Shown: in pieces, positions 35,216-47,967 of the stretch
Numbering within the stretch: the first letter of the stretch is position 1
Layout of the letters: every line of letters starts with the position of its first letter
Made by a program: the position numbers and the translations under genes
Source of the DNA: Anolis carolinensis
Lineage: Eukaryota
Assembly (NCBI RefSeq): GCF_035594765.1
Contig: NC_085846.1
Span: 20,881,190-20,945,189 of the forward strand
Reading direction: 5' to 3'
Length of the DNA: 64,000 nucleotides
The notes under the pieces: generated by a model
The model's database searches: none
Told to the model about the DNA's origin: nothing
The model's input: only the letters and a program-made list of their open reading frames with translations

Positions 35216-36818
35216 GTAGCAGCCCTTGGCAATGTTCTAATGCACATCAGGCTCTACCAATGTGCATTGGTACTCCCTATCCAATGTGTTGGTGCAAAAT
35301 AAGATTCTCAAAGTACATTGGTTTAAAGGAAAAAATGCACAGCAGGATAAATAAACATTTAAGAACATCATAAACATTAGAAAAGTTAACAAGCAAACAT
35401 ATCTGAAATGTGAAAGTGCTCTTGTATTGATCAGATTCTAAGTGTGTAATACAATATCTAATGCCAATAGAATCTAACTACGTAGTGTTTTTTCCCACCT
35501 CCTTTTGACCTTTTAAACATATATTTCAATTTTTAGGACACATGGGGACTTTATGAGAACTTTCTGTTATTGGTGTTCTTTTCAACACAACAAAAACTGG
35601 GCTTCATCCAGCCCATTATTATATTATTGAAATATGCTGGGTGGCCCAGATATTTTTTAAAAATGGAGTCACTGCAAAACTGTACCTCTAAATCCCATGT
35701 CATAATTATTGGTATCAAAAGCTGCTGACATAGTCCAAAGAAACACTACATCCAGCTCTCTCCATAATCTTCTAGGCTGCTGTCAGTGGAATAAATATGG
35801 ATCTGGCTGCAATCTAATGTTCACAAGTCAAGGAGGTCCCACTGAATTCAATGGAGATTACGTTTGAAGAGACGTCTGAGTCACTTTCCAGTTCCGTGAT
35901 ATCTGGAGTTGATTTGTGTTAATATGGGCTAAAGCTGCTTACATAAGCCTTGAACTGCATTAATAAAAATGTGGGTTGCTCTGAAGCAAACTGCGACTTC
36001 AGGCCCATGTAAACACTTCAGCCACTTCCAAGACTGAACCACCTACAATTGTTCACATGGCCATGCCATATTCCCTGGACTCTGGTGGCTTGGGAAAATG
36101 AAATAACACTTACCATCCACTTCTGTTCTTATCATAGCGGTAGCTGGTCATTATGCACAAAATGACTGATGACCATCACTCATCACTTGGAATAATGTTG
36201 GTTGGGGCACAAGGGCAATCTGAGAAGGGAGAGGGAAGGGAGCAGGTGGTTCCACCCACCCCCATCTCCTGCTTTGCTCCAACACCTTGGCTGATATCAT
36301 TCCAGCCACAAGCTATTTTGCACCTAATGACCATCACTATAATGTGAATGGGAGAAAGATGGTAAGAGTGGCTGACCAGTGTCATCAAAAAGGGTTCAAA
36401 GTCACTGGGTGGTCAGGACTCTTTCCCACCTCTGTAGCAAGCTGGGGCTGGTGGTCAGGCCTCCTTCCTACCTCCACAGCAGTCCAGGGATTCGCAGTAA
36501 GTATCATCCCAGGAAATATCAACACTCTGGGTTGGCCTCATAATAAAAAACTCCCCAGAATAGGTTATCATCACACTAAATAACTGAGATGCACACTGAT
36601 ATTTTATAATCAAAAGCATTTTATTTTCCAATATCAAAAATGTAACAATTATTTTAAAGTTCATTCTAACGTCAAGTATACAAATTAAGCCCATTCTAAG
36701 TTGTTAATTTTTTTCTGTTGTTTTGATTAAATTTTGCTCCGAGTCCGAAAAAATGGTGAGTCTTATTTTTATTTGTAAACTGAATTTTTCATCATTGTTG
36801 AGAATTTTTCATCATTGT

Positions 36819-39362
36819 CTAAGACTTACCGTGTCCCCAAAAAACCTCTGCAGGGGTGGGGGACCCATTAAGATGGTCCGCCCCAGGAGACTGATGGATC
36901 CTAATGGATTCCTGACATCTCTTGGGGATTCTCCTGTCTTGGGTGCTGATGATCTTGTCGATGCCTTGGTAGATCGCTATAATAGCGAGATGTCTAGGGC
37001 AATTGACACGATCGCTCCCAAACGTCCCCTTCTTGTTGCGCAGAGTCACTTCGGCTCCCTGGTTCACGGAGGAGCTGGCAGTGATGAAGCGCTCGAGGAG
37101 GGGACTAGAGTGCTACTGGAGGAAAATTTGTAGCATTGCTGACCGAGCACGGGCTAGAGCCGCTATTAGGGCCTACTCCGCGGCTTTGCGGGCAGCCAGG
37201 AAGATCTTCACAACTGCCCGCATAGCGTCTGCAACTAACAGACCATCTGAGTTGTTTCGGGTCGTCGGGGAGCTTTTTCACCCTCCTGAAGGTGGGGAGG
37301 CACCCGAAGACTCGGCAACTCGATGCAGCGAGTTCGCGCACGACTTTGCAGACAGTTGCTCAGATTCGCTTCGACTTGGACGCTAGTTTTGTTGCAATGC
37401 CAAAGGAGGTAACCGAGGCACCTGTCTGTCCATATTTGTGGGATTCGTTTCAGCCCGTTCACCTGGATGATGTGGACAAGATCCTTGGAGTTGTGAGGGC
37501 GACCACTTGTGCCATGGATCCTTGCCCTTCTTGGTTTATAAAATTGGCCAGAGGAGGATTGGGAGATTGGTTTGTGAGCATAATAAATGCCTCATTGGTT
37601 CAAGGCAAATTTCCATCTGCCCTAAAACAGGCTATAGTGAGGCCAATTTTGAAGAAAGCCTCCCTTGATTCAACCATCCTAAATAATTACAGACCAATCT
37701 TGAATCTTCCTTTTTTGGGCAAGGTCCTGGAGCGAGTGGTGGCTTCTCAGCTCCAGGGGTTCTTGGATGACACTGATTTTCTGGATCCATCACAATCCGG
37801 CTTTAGACCTGGGCACAGTACCGCATTGGTCGCCTTGGTGGATGACCTCCGCAGGGAACTGGATGGGGGAGTGTGACCCTACTGGTTCTCTTGGACATCT
37901 CAGCGGCTTTCGATACCATTGACCATGGTATCCTTCTGGGACGGCACTCCGGGATGGGCCTTGGGGGTACTGCTCTGCAGTGGCTCCAGTCCTTCCTGGA
38001 GGGCCGATTCCAGTCAGTGAAGCTGGGGGACACCTGCTCGGACCCCTGGCCATTGACTTGTGGGGTCCCGCAAGGTTCTATTCTCTCCCCCATGCTTTTC
38101 AACATCTACATGAAACCGCTGGGAGAGGTCATCCGGAGTTTTGGAGTTCGGTGCCATCTCTACGCAGATGACACCCAACTCTACTACTCTTTTCCACCAA
38201 ACTCCAAGGAAGCCCCTCGGGTACTGGACCAGTGCTTGGTCGCTGTGATGGGCTGGATGAGGGTGAATAAGCTGAAGCTCAATCCCGACAAGACAGAGAT
38301 CCTCCAGGTCAGTCGTACGTCTGATTGGGGTATTGGGTGGCAACATGTGCTTGACAGGGTCGCACTCCCCCTGAAGGCGCAGGTCCGCAGCTTGGGGGTC
38401 CTCCTGGACTCAGCGTTGACGCTTGATGCTCAGGTGTCGGCGGTGGCCGGGAGGGCCTTTGCACAACTAAAACTTGTGCGCCAGCTGCGACCATACCTCG
38501 TGAAGTCTGATCTAGCTACGGTGGTCCATGCCTTAGTTACCTCTAGGTTGGATTATTGCAACACACTCTACGTGGGGCTGCCTTTGAAAACAACCCGGAA
38601 ACTCCAACTAGTTCAGCGGGCGGCAGCCAGGTTCCTAACAGGAGCGAATTACAGGGAGCGATCTACTCCCCTGTTTAAGGAGCTCCTCTGGCTGCCGTTT
38701 ATTTTCCGGACCCAATTCAAGGTGCAGGTGTTGACCTGCAAAGCCCTGAATGGTTTGGGACCCACTTACCTTTCTGACCGCATCTCCCCCTATGAACCTG
38801 CATGATCCTTTCATTCATCGGGGGAGGCCCTCCTCTCGCTTCCGCCTCCGTCACAAGCGCAGTTGGTGGGGACGAGGGAGAGGGCCTTCTCCATGGCAGC
38901 CCCCCAGCTCTGGAACACGCTCCCCAGGGAAATTAGGCAAGCTGCCACCTTGGAAGTGTTCAGGAAGAGCCTGAAAACCTGGCTCTTCAAACAGGCCTTT
39001 GAGTAAGTACCGCCCACTATACGCGAAACCCTTGTACTAACGGTTACTTCTGACCAGTTGTACCTGTTGGTTAATCTCCTCGACATAGCCACAGGGTTCA
39101 CCCCAGTTTAAGGTTCTCCCCATGATCTCATAGCACCTTAACGTCCTTCATGTTTATACGTTTCACTCAGTGCACTTTGCCCAGTCCATTGTATGATTTT
39201 ATTGCTGTGTTTATCATGTATTTTATAATGACTGTGATTTTATTTTATGCCTTCTAATCTTATCTGTGTGTTTTTTGGTATTTGTTACTCTGTATGCTGG
39301 TTTTATATTTGTGAGCCGCCCCGAGTCCCTCTGGGGAGATGGTGGCGGGTTATAAAAATAAA

Positions 39363-39409
<47 letters not shown>

Positions 39410-39410
39410 C
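36819..39410 (+). mobile_element. 5'-truncated L2 LINE (2.6 kb) with several frameshifts
   Basis: APWFTEEL, RT motifs closely matching the 7292 copy, L2 3' end and a long (TTA)n tail at 39363-39410. Confidence 0.95.
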
Positions 39411-39849
39411 ATTATTTGACAATCCTAAGTTTAGGTTCAAAGGCTTCCTTAAGCAATATATACCACAATCAAGTTATCTACTCTTTGTGTCCCTACTTAT
39501 TCTGCTTCAGTAATCTTGGCAGAGGTAACATATGTGGGGAACATATTATCTGGATACATCTACTGTAGCAATTCACAACAGCATCTCACTTGCATTTTAG
39601 AATGACCTCATCAGAATGCATAGTGTATAAGACTTTGGTCTCCTTGGAAGAGGAGACAATGAGTTCTCCAATGGAAACTCCCAATTAGTAGTCATAATTA
39701 TGGCACAAGATTCTACTGGTCCGATGTGGATTGTAGTACTTTCTTCTTCTAATCCATATGTGTCTACCATAGCCTTCCTAATTACCTTATGCTAATTAAC
39801 CTCCAAGAGGGATCTTTAGCATTTTTCTCATCAGAACCAGAAGTTAAAA

Positions 39850-40400
39850 ATAGAGAGCTTTAGACAGTAGAGATTGGTAATTTTTTTTATCAGGTATTAC
39901 TGTGAAGCTATTGCCAATTACTGAGGTAAGGATTCTGAAATTTTAATCTTTATACAAGAGAAGAACTCAATCAGAAAAACAAAAATCATTCATTAATTAA
40001 TACGAAGTGCAAAAAAGATCAGAAGTGGCATCACGGTAAAAAGAGCAGAGCAGGTCGGTACTTCTTTTGGGTTCTCCTGTGATAGACTAAACCGTTGATT
40101 ACTTTTTGGATAAGAGGTAAAATACTGAACTCAGTCACATTGATCTGTAGACAATTCAATGAAGTTTTTTTTGGTTAATTTTGACTAAAATTTCTAGATT
40201 TATGCATGAATATATATTCAGTAATTTACTTCTGCAACTGTGATTTCAGTCTTCATCCATAACATAGCAATGGAAAATGGGATTATGGCAAAACTAATCT
40301 CATCATGTCTATTCCTATATTGGAGATGGATGCATATATCATACTATAGGATCAAAATTATGAGGAGGAGGAATTGCAATTCCAAGGAAAGGGAAAATAT
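39850..40400 (-). pseudogene. Possible highly decayed OR remnant
   Basis: Fragments on the minus strand occur in OR order across frames: LLLI..FD..IC.HLQY (about 40350), PTCSALFTVMPLLIF (about 40050), FTVIP and LYCLK (about 39900-39860). Confidence 0.25.
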
Positions 40401-40532
40401 GTCCACATTCACAAATGTATCAGTTTGATGGGAAGTAATGAAAAGATTAGATACTATTTTCCTCAATAATGGAGAACTGTGTGTTGCGTTGAAAAAATAG
40501 GTTGGCTCCATTTATGAAAAGGAAAGGAACTA

Positions 40533-40855
40533 CAGTAGAGTCTCACTTATCCAAGCTAAATGGGCTGACAGAAGCTTGGATAAGCGAATATCTTGGATAA
40601 TAAGGAGGGATTAAGGAAAAGCCTATTAAACATCAAATTGGGTTATGATTTTACAAATTAAGCACCAAAACATCATGTTATACAACAAATTTGACAGAAA
40701 AAGTAGTTCAATACGCAGTAATGTTATGTTGTAATTACTGTATTTACGAATTTAGCACCAAAATATCATGATATATTGAAAACATTGACTACAAAAGTGG
40801 CTTGGATTATCCAGAACCTTGGATAAGCGAGGCTTGGATAAGTGAGACTCTACTG
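40533..40855. mobile_element. pogo/Tigger-like MITE, in opposite orientation to 14408 and 18364
   Basis: TIR CAGTAGAGTCTCACTTATCCAAGC with TA TSD. Confidence 0.9.
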
Positions 40856-41293
40856 TAATTGGGATATATGTGGATATGGTGTCATTACTGAAATAGGTAC
40901 AAAATGCTAACTTGCTTTAAGAACAGTTTAAATCATTAAAATAAATGAGAACAAACATTTGCCTATCAAAGATTTTAAAATAATATTTTTACCAATGCTG
41001 CGAGATCAAGTTTTTTAACAGCTCAGTAAATCTACTATAACAGGAAATATGTCAATGACTTTCAGTTTCCATAGTGCCACTAATGCATTCAAAAATCATC
41101 CATATTTCCATAATTATTTTTTTTTATCCCCAGCAAATCACTAGTTGGAAAAAAGGTGTTTTATTGTGTTTTGATAACCCATGTGAACATGAGTTTGCCT
41201 GGGTTTGTTCTCTAGATAAAGTGAAAATTATGATAAACAGTTTAATAGGCAGGTTCTCAAGAAGACAGCAAATTTTTCAGGTTTTTCAACATA

Positions 41294-41551
41294 GCTCTGA
41301 GTAAACTCTGAGAACAGTAAGGAAATAGACCAGATTGATCCTGCTTAAGTTGCCAGTTAGCCTGCCCTTCCCCAATAACACCACATTCCACCTTTAAACT
41401 ATTCATTACCCTTTCCCAACAGCTCTGAGTACACTCCCATAACAGTAAAGAAATAGACCAGATTGATCCTGCTTAAGGTGCCAGCTAGCCTGACCTTCCC
41501 CTGTAACACCACATTCTACACCTTTAAACTACCATTGCCTTTTCCTAACAG
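41294..41551 (+). repeat. Tandem duplication, two units of about 128 bp
   Basis: AGCTCTGAGTA...GAAATAGACCAGATTGATCCTGCTTAAG...CCTTTAAACTA repeated at 41294 and 41421. Confidence 0.9.
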
Positions 41552-41779
41552 TAACTAAGCATTTCATCATCACTGAATATGCACATTCTTCACACCAGCT
41601 CCAGGCCCTATAAAGAGCAACTTAGGGAGCTGAGTATGTTAATGATGCTTTAATTTATAGATGAATAAATGATTTAATGAATTAATAAATAAATTATTTA
41701 ATTTATGGATGCTTTAATATGTTCATATGGATATGAGGCATTGACTCTATGCCATGTATAATGCTGTACATACTGAAGG

Positions 41780-42040
41780 TGGAGGAAGCTTTTTCTTTAG
41801 AGACTAGGACACAGATTAATGGATTCAAACTTACTAATAAGAAGGACCTCCTGATGGTCTGAGCTATTTGACAGTAGAATATGCTGTCTCAGAGCATGGT
41901 GGAGTCTCATCCTCTGAAGGTTTTTAAAGAAAATTTGGATTCCAATTTGTCATGAGTGCTTTGATTGGATATTCCTGCATGGTAGGGAGTTAAACTGGAT
42001 GACCCTTATGATAGCTTCTAACTCTATGCTTCTATGCTTC
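41780..42040 (+). mobile_element. Old CR1 3' fragment
   Basis: Diverged match to the CR1 3' end with a CTCTATGCTTCTATGCTTCT tail. Confidence 0.65.
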
Positions 42041-42310
42041 TAAGATTTCTGCAGACCTACAGATTTTTCTTCAGTCTCAGATGCTTTCTCTTCCTTCTCC
42101 TCTTCCTCCTTCTGGTAGATTTAAATTACATATGAATGCAGTCTGAAAAAATGAGTTCCTCTCCCATATAGTGTGGCGAAAATGTAATTGAAATGATCCC
42201 AAGGAAATGCTTGAATTAGAATGGTTGTGCCCACACTCCTGGTGCTTCAAATAATGTGTTATCTTCCAAACATTTATATTTGGGGAACATGGACATGATT
42301 AAATCTATCA

Positions 42311-42849
42311 TCTATATATATAAAAGAGTGATGGCATCAGGGCAGCGGACAAAACAACAAAACTACAGGCCCCCCAACCTCGAAACTTGACAACACAACC
42401 CATCATTCACGGCTCTAGGTTGAAACAACAAAAAGAAAAGAAAAATAAAGTCCTAATTACAGGGAGAGGAATAATAGTTTTTATCCAATTGCTGCCAGTT
42501 TGAAGGCTAAGCTCCGCCCACTTGGTCTCCTAGCAACCTCCTCAGCCCAGGGGACAGGCACAGTTAGGCCTCACTTAGGCCTCTTCCACATATTATCAGA
42601 TTTGAACTGGATTATATGGCAGTGTAGACTCAAGTCCCTTCCACACAGCTATATAACCCATTTAGAATCTTATATTATCTGCTTTGAACTGGATTATCTT
42701 GACTCCACACTGCCATATAATCCACTTCAGTGTGCATACTAAATATAAAGACAACCATACAACAGACATTCAATACCACCACTACCTCAACAATTTCTCA
42801 CCAACACCACCAGACAACGCCACAGCAACGCGTGGCCGGGCACAGCTAG
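42311..42849 (+). mobile_element. Non-autonomous Helitron
   Basis: 5' TCTATATATATAAAA; 3' hairpin GCCACAGCAACGCGTGGC followed by CTAG; inserted between A (42310) and T (42850) with no TSD. Confidence 0.85.
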
Positions 42850-42884
42850 TTTCAATATAATCATATAATTCCCCTGCTAACAGA

Positions 42885-43065
42885 ACATTGGCTCCTGGTT
42901 TGTTTCTGGGCACAGTTCAAAGTGTTGATCATGATCTATAAAGTCTTATACAATTTAGGTCGAAGCTATCTGAAAGACCATATCTCCCTATGCCAACCTG
43001 CCAGAACCTTGAGACCTACAGTGGAAAGTATTATCTTGGCTCCACCACTACCACAGGCTCATTTG
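42885..43065 (+). mobile_element. Old L2 fragment
   Basis: WAQFKVLIMIYKVLYNLGRSYLKDHISL resembles the L2 ORF2 C-terminus. A possible 3' tip lies at about 43540-43600. Confidence 0.6.
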
Positions 43066-43998
43066 TGACGTCAACACCTTTAACTATGCTAGCATTTTAC
43101 AATGTTCCACTCCAGCTAGAGGTGACTCTGGGTGACTCTTCCCCAGTTTGATGGGGGAAATGTTTGCTGCAAGGGAGCAGTGCATGGGGTGATAGATTCA
43201 CCCCAACTGCGCTGCATTTTGACGGTGAAGCCAGGTGAAATGGGATGCTTTGCTTGGCTAATATGATAAGCTGGTTGTTGAGGACATGACAATGAACCTT
43301 CTCAGTGACTGCTTTCACCCTCTGGGACATTCTTCCATAGGCTCCATACTTGTTTTTCTTTTTGCTGGCAGATGAAAACATTTAGCCAAATTTTAATATG
43401 TATGCCGTGGTGGCTTTTTATTGGGCATGTTTTATATATCTTTTAACTTGTATATGTTTCAATTAGTTTTAAAATGTATTGTGATATGATAGTAACTGTT
43501 TTTAGATTGGGTAATAAATATTTTTAATATTAATTTTGGATGCCACCTTGGCTCCCACTCTGGGAGGTAAGCAGCATATTAAATATATGAATAAATAAAT
43601 ACATTGTATCAAAATGAATTTAGAAACTGCTCAGGTTTTTTATCTTTACATCTCAGGCAAGATGATATATCCTTCCATTGTTATATTTAATCAAGCATTT
43701 AGGCTTAAACATTTTATTTTCCAGATGTTTTAACTCTTATATTTCTGCTTAACCTTTCATGATAACAGATGTTGAAGATGATATTTCGAAGTGGGTGGAT
43801 CAAAATCATTCTAAGCAGAGACAAAAACAAAAAATTTCTTCGACAATGACACAAACACTTTCTGCACTCAACTGAGGCAGCAACAGCAAACATGAAGAAT
43901 GGATTTTGCTCCTAAGAGAATCTGGAATTATTGGTGGAGTCAGTCTGTGCATTGATTCATTGACTGTAATTGTAACATCGAATTTAAGATTTGAAATC

Positions 43999-44937
43999 AT
44001 GACATGGAACAATGAGACCAATGTCAATGAGTTCATTCTTTTGGCATTTTCAAACCTAGGTGACCTTCAAATCCTTCTTTTCATGGTGTTTCTTCTTGTT
44101 TATATGACAACAGTGGTAGTAAATTTAATCACAATTTTGACAATAATTGTGGACAGCACTTTGCACAGTCCCATGCATTTCTTCCTCCAAAATCTTTCTT
44201 TTGCAGAAGTTGGCTTGACTTCGACTATAATCCCCAAGCTGCTTGTGAATCTTCTCTCTGAAAACAAGGTCATTTCTTTATCAGGATGCAGGGCTCAGAC
44301 ATATTTTGTCTTCTTCTTTGGATCAATGCAGTGCTTCATATTAATTGTCATGGCATATGACCGTTTTCTTGCCATATGCAACCCTCTTCATTATGTGGCC
44401 AAAATGAACAGGAAATCCTGTCTACTGCTGGTGGCAACTGTCTGGGCTTCAGTAATTCCCATTGCAACTGTACAGAGCACATGGTTGCTCAGCTTCCCAT
44501 TTTGCAAATCCAATGCAATTTATCATTTTTTCTGTGATACTCCACCAATTCTACAGTTAGCCTGTGAAGACACTTCCTGGTTTGAGACATTCGCCCTCAT
44601 AGAAAGCTTTATACTTTTTATCTTCCCCTTCCTATTGATCCTGGTCTCCTACATTCGTATTATCAGCACCATTTTGGGAATGACTTCAGTGGAAAGGAGA
44701 CGGAAAGCTTTCTCCACTTGTTCATCACACATTATTGTTGTGACACTGTTTTTTGGGTCTGCAAGTCTGACACATTTTCATCCTCAATCAAATTATGGTC
44801 TAGGGAACCAACATTTGCTTTCTCTCTCCTATGTGGTCTTCACCCCCTTACTAAACCCCTTGATTTATAGTGTACGTAACAAGGAGATAAAAAGAGCTGT
44901 GGGCAGATTTATCAGAAGGAGAATACATTGTCGTTAG
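43999..44937 (+). CDS. Olfactory receptor, family 10 (OR10A-like), intact, 312 aa
   Basis: ATG at 43999 (MTWNNET sequon), LHSPMHFFL, MAYDRFLAIC, HFFCDTPP, KAFSTCSSH and PLLNPLIYSVRN. Confidence 0.93.
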   Translation: MTWNNETNVNEFILLAFSNLGDLQILLFMVFLLVYMTTVVVNLITILTIIVDSTLHSPMHFFLQNLSFAEVGLTSTIIPKLLVNLLSENKVISLSGCRAQTYFVFFFGSMQCFILIVMAYDRFLAICNPLHYVAKMNRKSCLLLVATVWASVIPIATVQSTWLLSFPFCKSNAIYHFFCDTPPILQLACEDTSWFETFALIESFILFIFPFLLILVSYIRIISTILGMTSVERRRKAFSTCSSHIIVVTLFFGSASLTHFHPQSNYGLGNQHLLSLSYVVFTPLLNPLIYSVRNKEIKRAVGRFIRRRIHCR

Positions 44938-44940
44938 TTA

Positions 44941-45222
44941 GGTAAAGTTAAAGGTTTTCCCCTGATGTTAAGTCCAGTTGTGACCGACTCTGGGGGTTGG
45001 TGCTCATCTCCATTTCTAAGCCGAAGAGCCGGCGTTGTCTGTAGACACCTCCAAGGTCATGTGGCCGGCATGACTACATTGAGTGTCGTTACCTTCCCGC
45101 CAGAGCGGTACCTATTGATCTACTCACATTTGCATGTTTTCAAACTGCTAGGTTGGCAGGAACTGGGGCTAACAGTGGGCACTCATTCTGCTCCCGGGAT
45201 TTGAACCTGGGACCTTTTGGTA
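44941..45222 (-). mobile_element. Sauria SINE
   Basis: Reverse (ACCTTT)-type tail GGTAAAGTTAAAGG, characteristic body, and B-box-like GGTTCAAATCCC at about 45198-45210. TSD GTTAGTTA at 44933-44940 and 45223-45230. Confidence 0.85.
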
Positions 45223-47388
45223 GTTAGTTACTGATATCTAATAAACATAAGCAAAACAGGAAGTCTACAAGGAAGATATGAGTGTAACAATTTCAAGATA
45301 TTTTATTTCTGTACCAAATGAACAGCTACAACAAGAAATCACTTAGAATTATCAGTAATATAACAGGCAGGCTGGATCACCCTATGGCCACTTGATGGCC
45401 AGGAGAAAAATGTGGAATGGATGATGGGATTGTAATTCAAAACATCAACTGGTTCTCAAGGCTATATCACAACTTTTCAACAACTGTCGGGGGGTGGCGG
45501 CAGTGCATTAAATCATGGGTATCTTGAAAAAAAGTAAGAAGACCAAGATGTAGTCTATAAGCCAAAATGTTTTGTTGATATACACTGATATACAAAATAG
45601 GCACATTTTCACACATTTCCAAACAGGAAGAAAACAACAGTGTCACAGCTTGCAATGATTCTGAGGACTCCAACAAGCAGGATTTTGAGAAATTCAGTGA
45701 AAATAAAGGTGTCATAAATTTTAACTATGCTCTAGCATATCTCTGTCTTCATTAGACTTCTAGGGTAATTCATGGTGTAAGCAAGCAGAACATATTTTCA
45801 AGTGCAACCCTTACAGTCTGTCACCAGCCCCTATGCTGACTAGAATATATGGTGTTACAGTCTGGAAACCATAGGTTTATTTATTTATTTATTTATTTAT
45901 TTATGACATTTTTAACCCGCCTTTCTCACCCGAGGGGACTCAAGGCGGCTTACAACAACTGGCAAAATTCAGTTCCCCAACAAAATCAATAAAAATCAAC
46001 AATACATTTAAAGAATTAACAATAATTAATAAAAACACATTATATAAGCTTAAAAACATATAATTACTTAATTCCATTCTTCCAAGAACCTTGTACATAG
46101 ACCTTAGTTCCTAATCCTGTCTAATGCTATAAGATTTCCTGCAAAGATAGCTCTTTTCTTCTCTTTCAGACCTAGATCATCATGCACAGAATGCCCATCT
46201 GCTGTAATGGAAGGGCATCATTTGCCCCTCCCCTTTATCTTGGGATGTAATTTGGGGAGGCACAAGCATTACTTGCCAAAGGGGGCTAACACCTTGTAAA
46301 ACTTTATTTCCCATGATTCCATAGTATTATGCCTTGGCAGTTAAAGTGATGCCAAACTGCATTAATTCTACAGTGGAGATCGGGAGAAAGAAATATCATA
46401 CGCATCATTACTTATGCCTTCTTAGGCCCCTTCCACAAAGCTGAATAAAATCCCACATTTTCTGCTTTGAACTGGAATATATGGTAGTGTGGACTCAAGT
46501 AACCCAGTTAAAAACATTATTGTGGGATTTTCTGCCTTGATATTCTGGGTTATATCTCTGTGTAGAAGGGCCTTCAGTCTATCTTGGCTCCCAATGGGAC
46601 ATGACATTTTTGTCCAACTGTCTTAAAAATAATTGCTTGAGGGGAAAAAACTTTATAATACAGAATTAATAAACTGGAAAAAGTTATTGTGGTTACCACA
46701 GTAAAACAGGAGCATTCTCATATGCCATAACAATAAAGTTATAATGGTTATAATATTAAGTTCATTCAGTTTTTGATTTTGAACTGTTATTACTATATTT
46801 GTACATTAATCAGAGAACAACAATAAGCTTTTGCTAAACAAAAAACAAATAAAAGGGCTAAAATAGAGGACTATTTAGTGAAATGAATTCAAAATAACAG
46901 TCTTATTAGCTCATCCCATTGATTGTAAATTATATACTTTAATTGAGTCAGTGTGCCATAGTGGTTTGAATGTCGGTCTGCTTGTCATCTTGCCCCAGAA
47001 ACTAGCACTAAAGGTTGAAAAATGGATATTTATCATATTATAAGACAAAATAATCATACCCAACAACAATAATAGGTAGAATCTCTACACTCTACCTTAT
47101 AATACATCCAGACATAATAAAACCCAAACTCTATAAGACATTTTTGAGATTTCTTAATAAAAAGAGGAAAATATTTTCCCAGCCATTCCCAATAATCCCA
47201 AGCCAAAACTAACTTCATTGTTCAATAATAATATTTAGAATTCAGTTGGCCTATTCAATAATCAGTTGGGGCTATCAAAATAAGTATATTGAGGATAAGT
47301 AAGGGGAGGAAGAACTTATCCTGCTCTGAACATCTTAAAGGAGAGGTAACCTAAAACTGTGAGTGAATCACACCACTTCTCTCTTAAG

Positions 47389-47523
47389 CAGGGGTTCTCA
47401 ACCTGGGATCCCCAGATGTTTTTGGCCTTCAACTCCCAGAAATCCTAACAGCTGGTAAACTGGCTGAAATTTCTGGGAGTTGTAGGCCAAAAGCATCTGG
47501 GAACCCCAGGTTGAGAACCACTG
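47389..47523. mobile_element. Palindromic hAT MITE (same family as 32345)
   Basis: TIR CAG(G/T)GGTTCTCAACCTGGG; perfect TSD CTCTTAAG at 47381-47388 and 47524-47531. Confidence 0.88.
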
Positions 47524-47967
47524 CTCTTAAGAGTTTTGAGACTTGCCATCTATGGTTCAAATATGAAATCATTTAATAAACAAATCACACCCTTTTCATG
47601 AAAATATGAGTAACTTACTATACCAAATGTACACAGAACCAAACACACATAGAGAACCGGGAAGGGGGAGGGGGGCAAAGATGTGTTTACTTTTTAATTG
47701 AAGTTAATTTTGAACAAAATGCTATGCTTTTTCATTCCTGCTTTCAGTTTTCAATGGTGCTTGTATTGAACTCTGTGAGATAGAAGTTAACGCCAACTTT
47801 AATTATATTGAGAATAAATCCAACATTGTAATCAGTGGATCTTAATTTAATAACGACTAATGATAAATTTGTTCAGATGATTCTATTCTGGAATCAAGTC
47901 TGAAAATGATGTGAACCTCAAATAGGCAAATAAATAGTAAAGAAAATGACAAAACATAGCCTCGCTT

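Noticed and set aside
43906-43998. N-terminal extension of the OR from the ORF track (likewise 48901-48933)
   Set aside because: Non-ATG starts. ATG 43999 and ATG 48900 give normal lengths with the N-glycosylation sequon, and 48933 lies in the intron acceptor.
45170-45222. tRNA gene
   Set aside because: The B-box-like motif belongs to the tRNA-derived head of the Sauria SINE; no cloverleaf.
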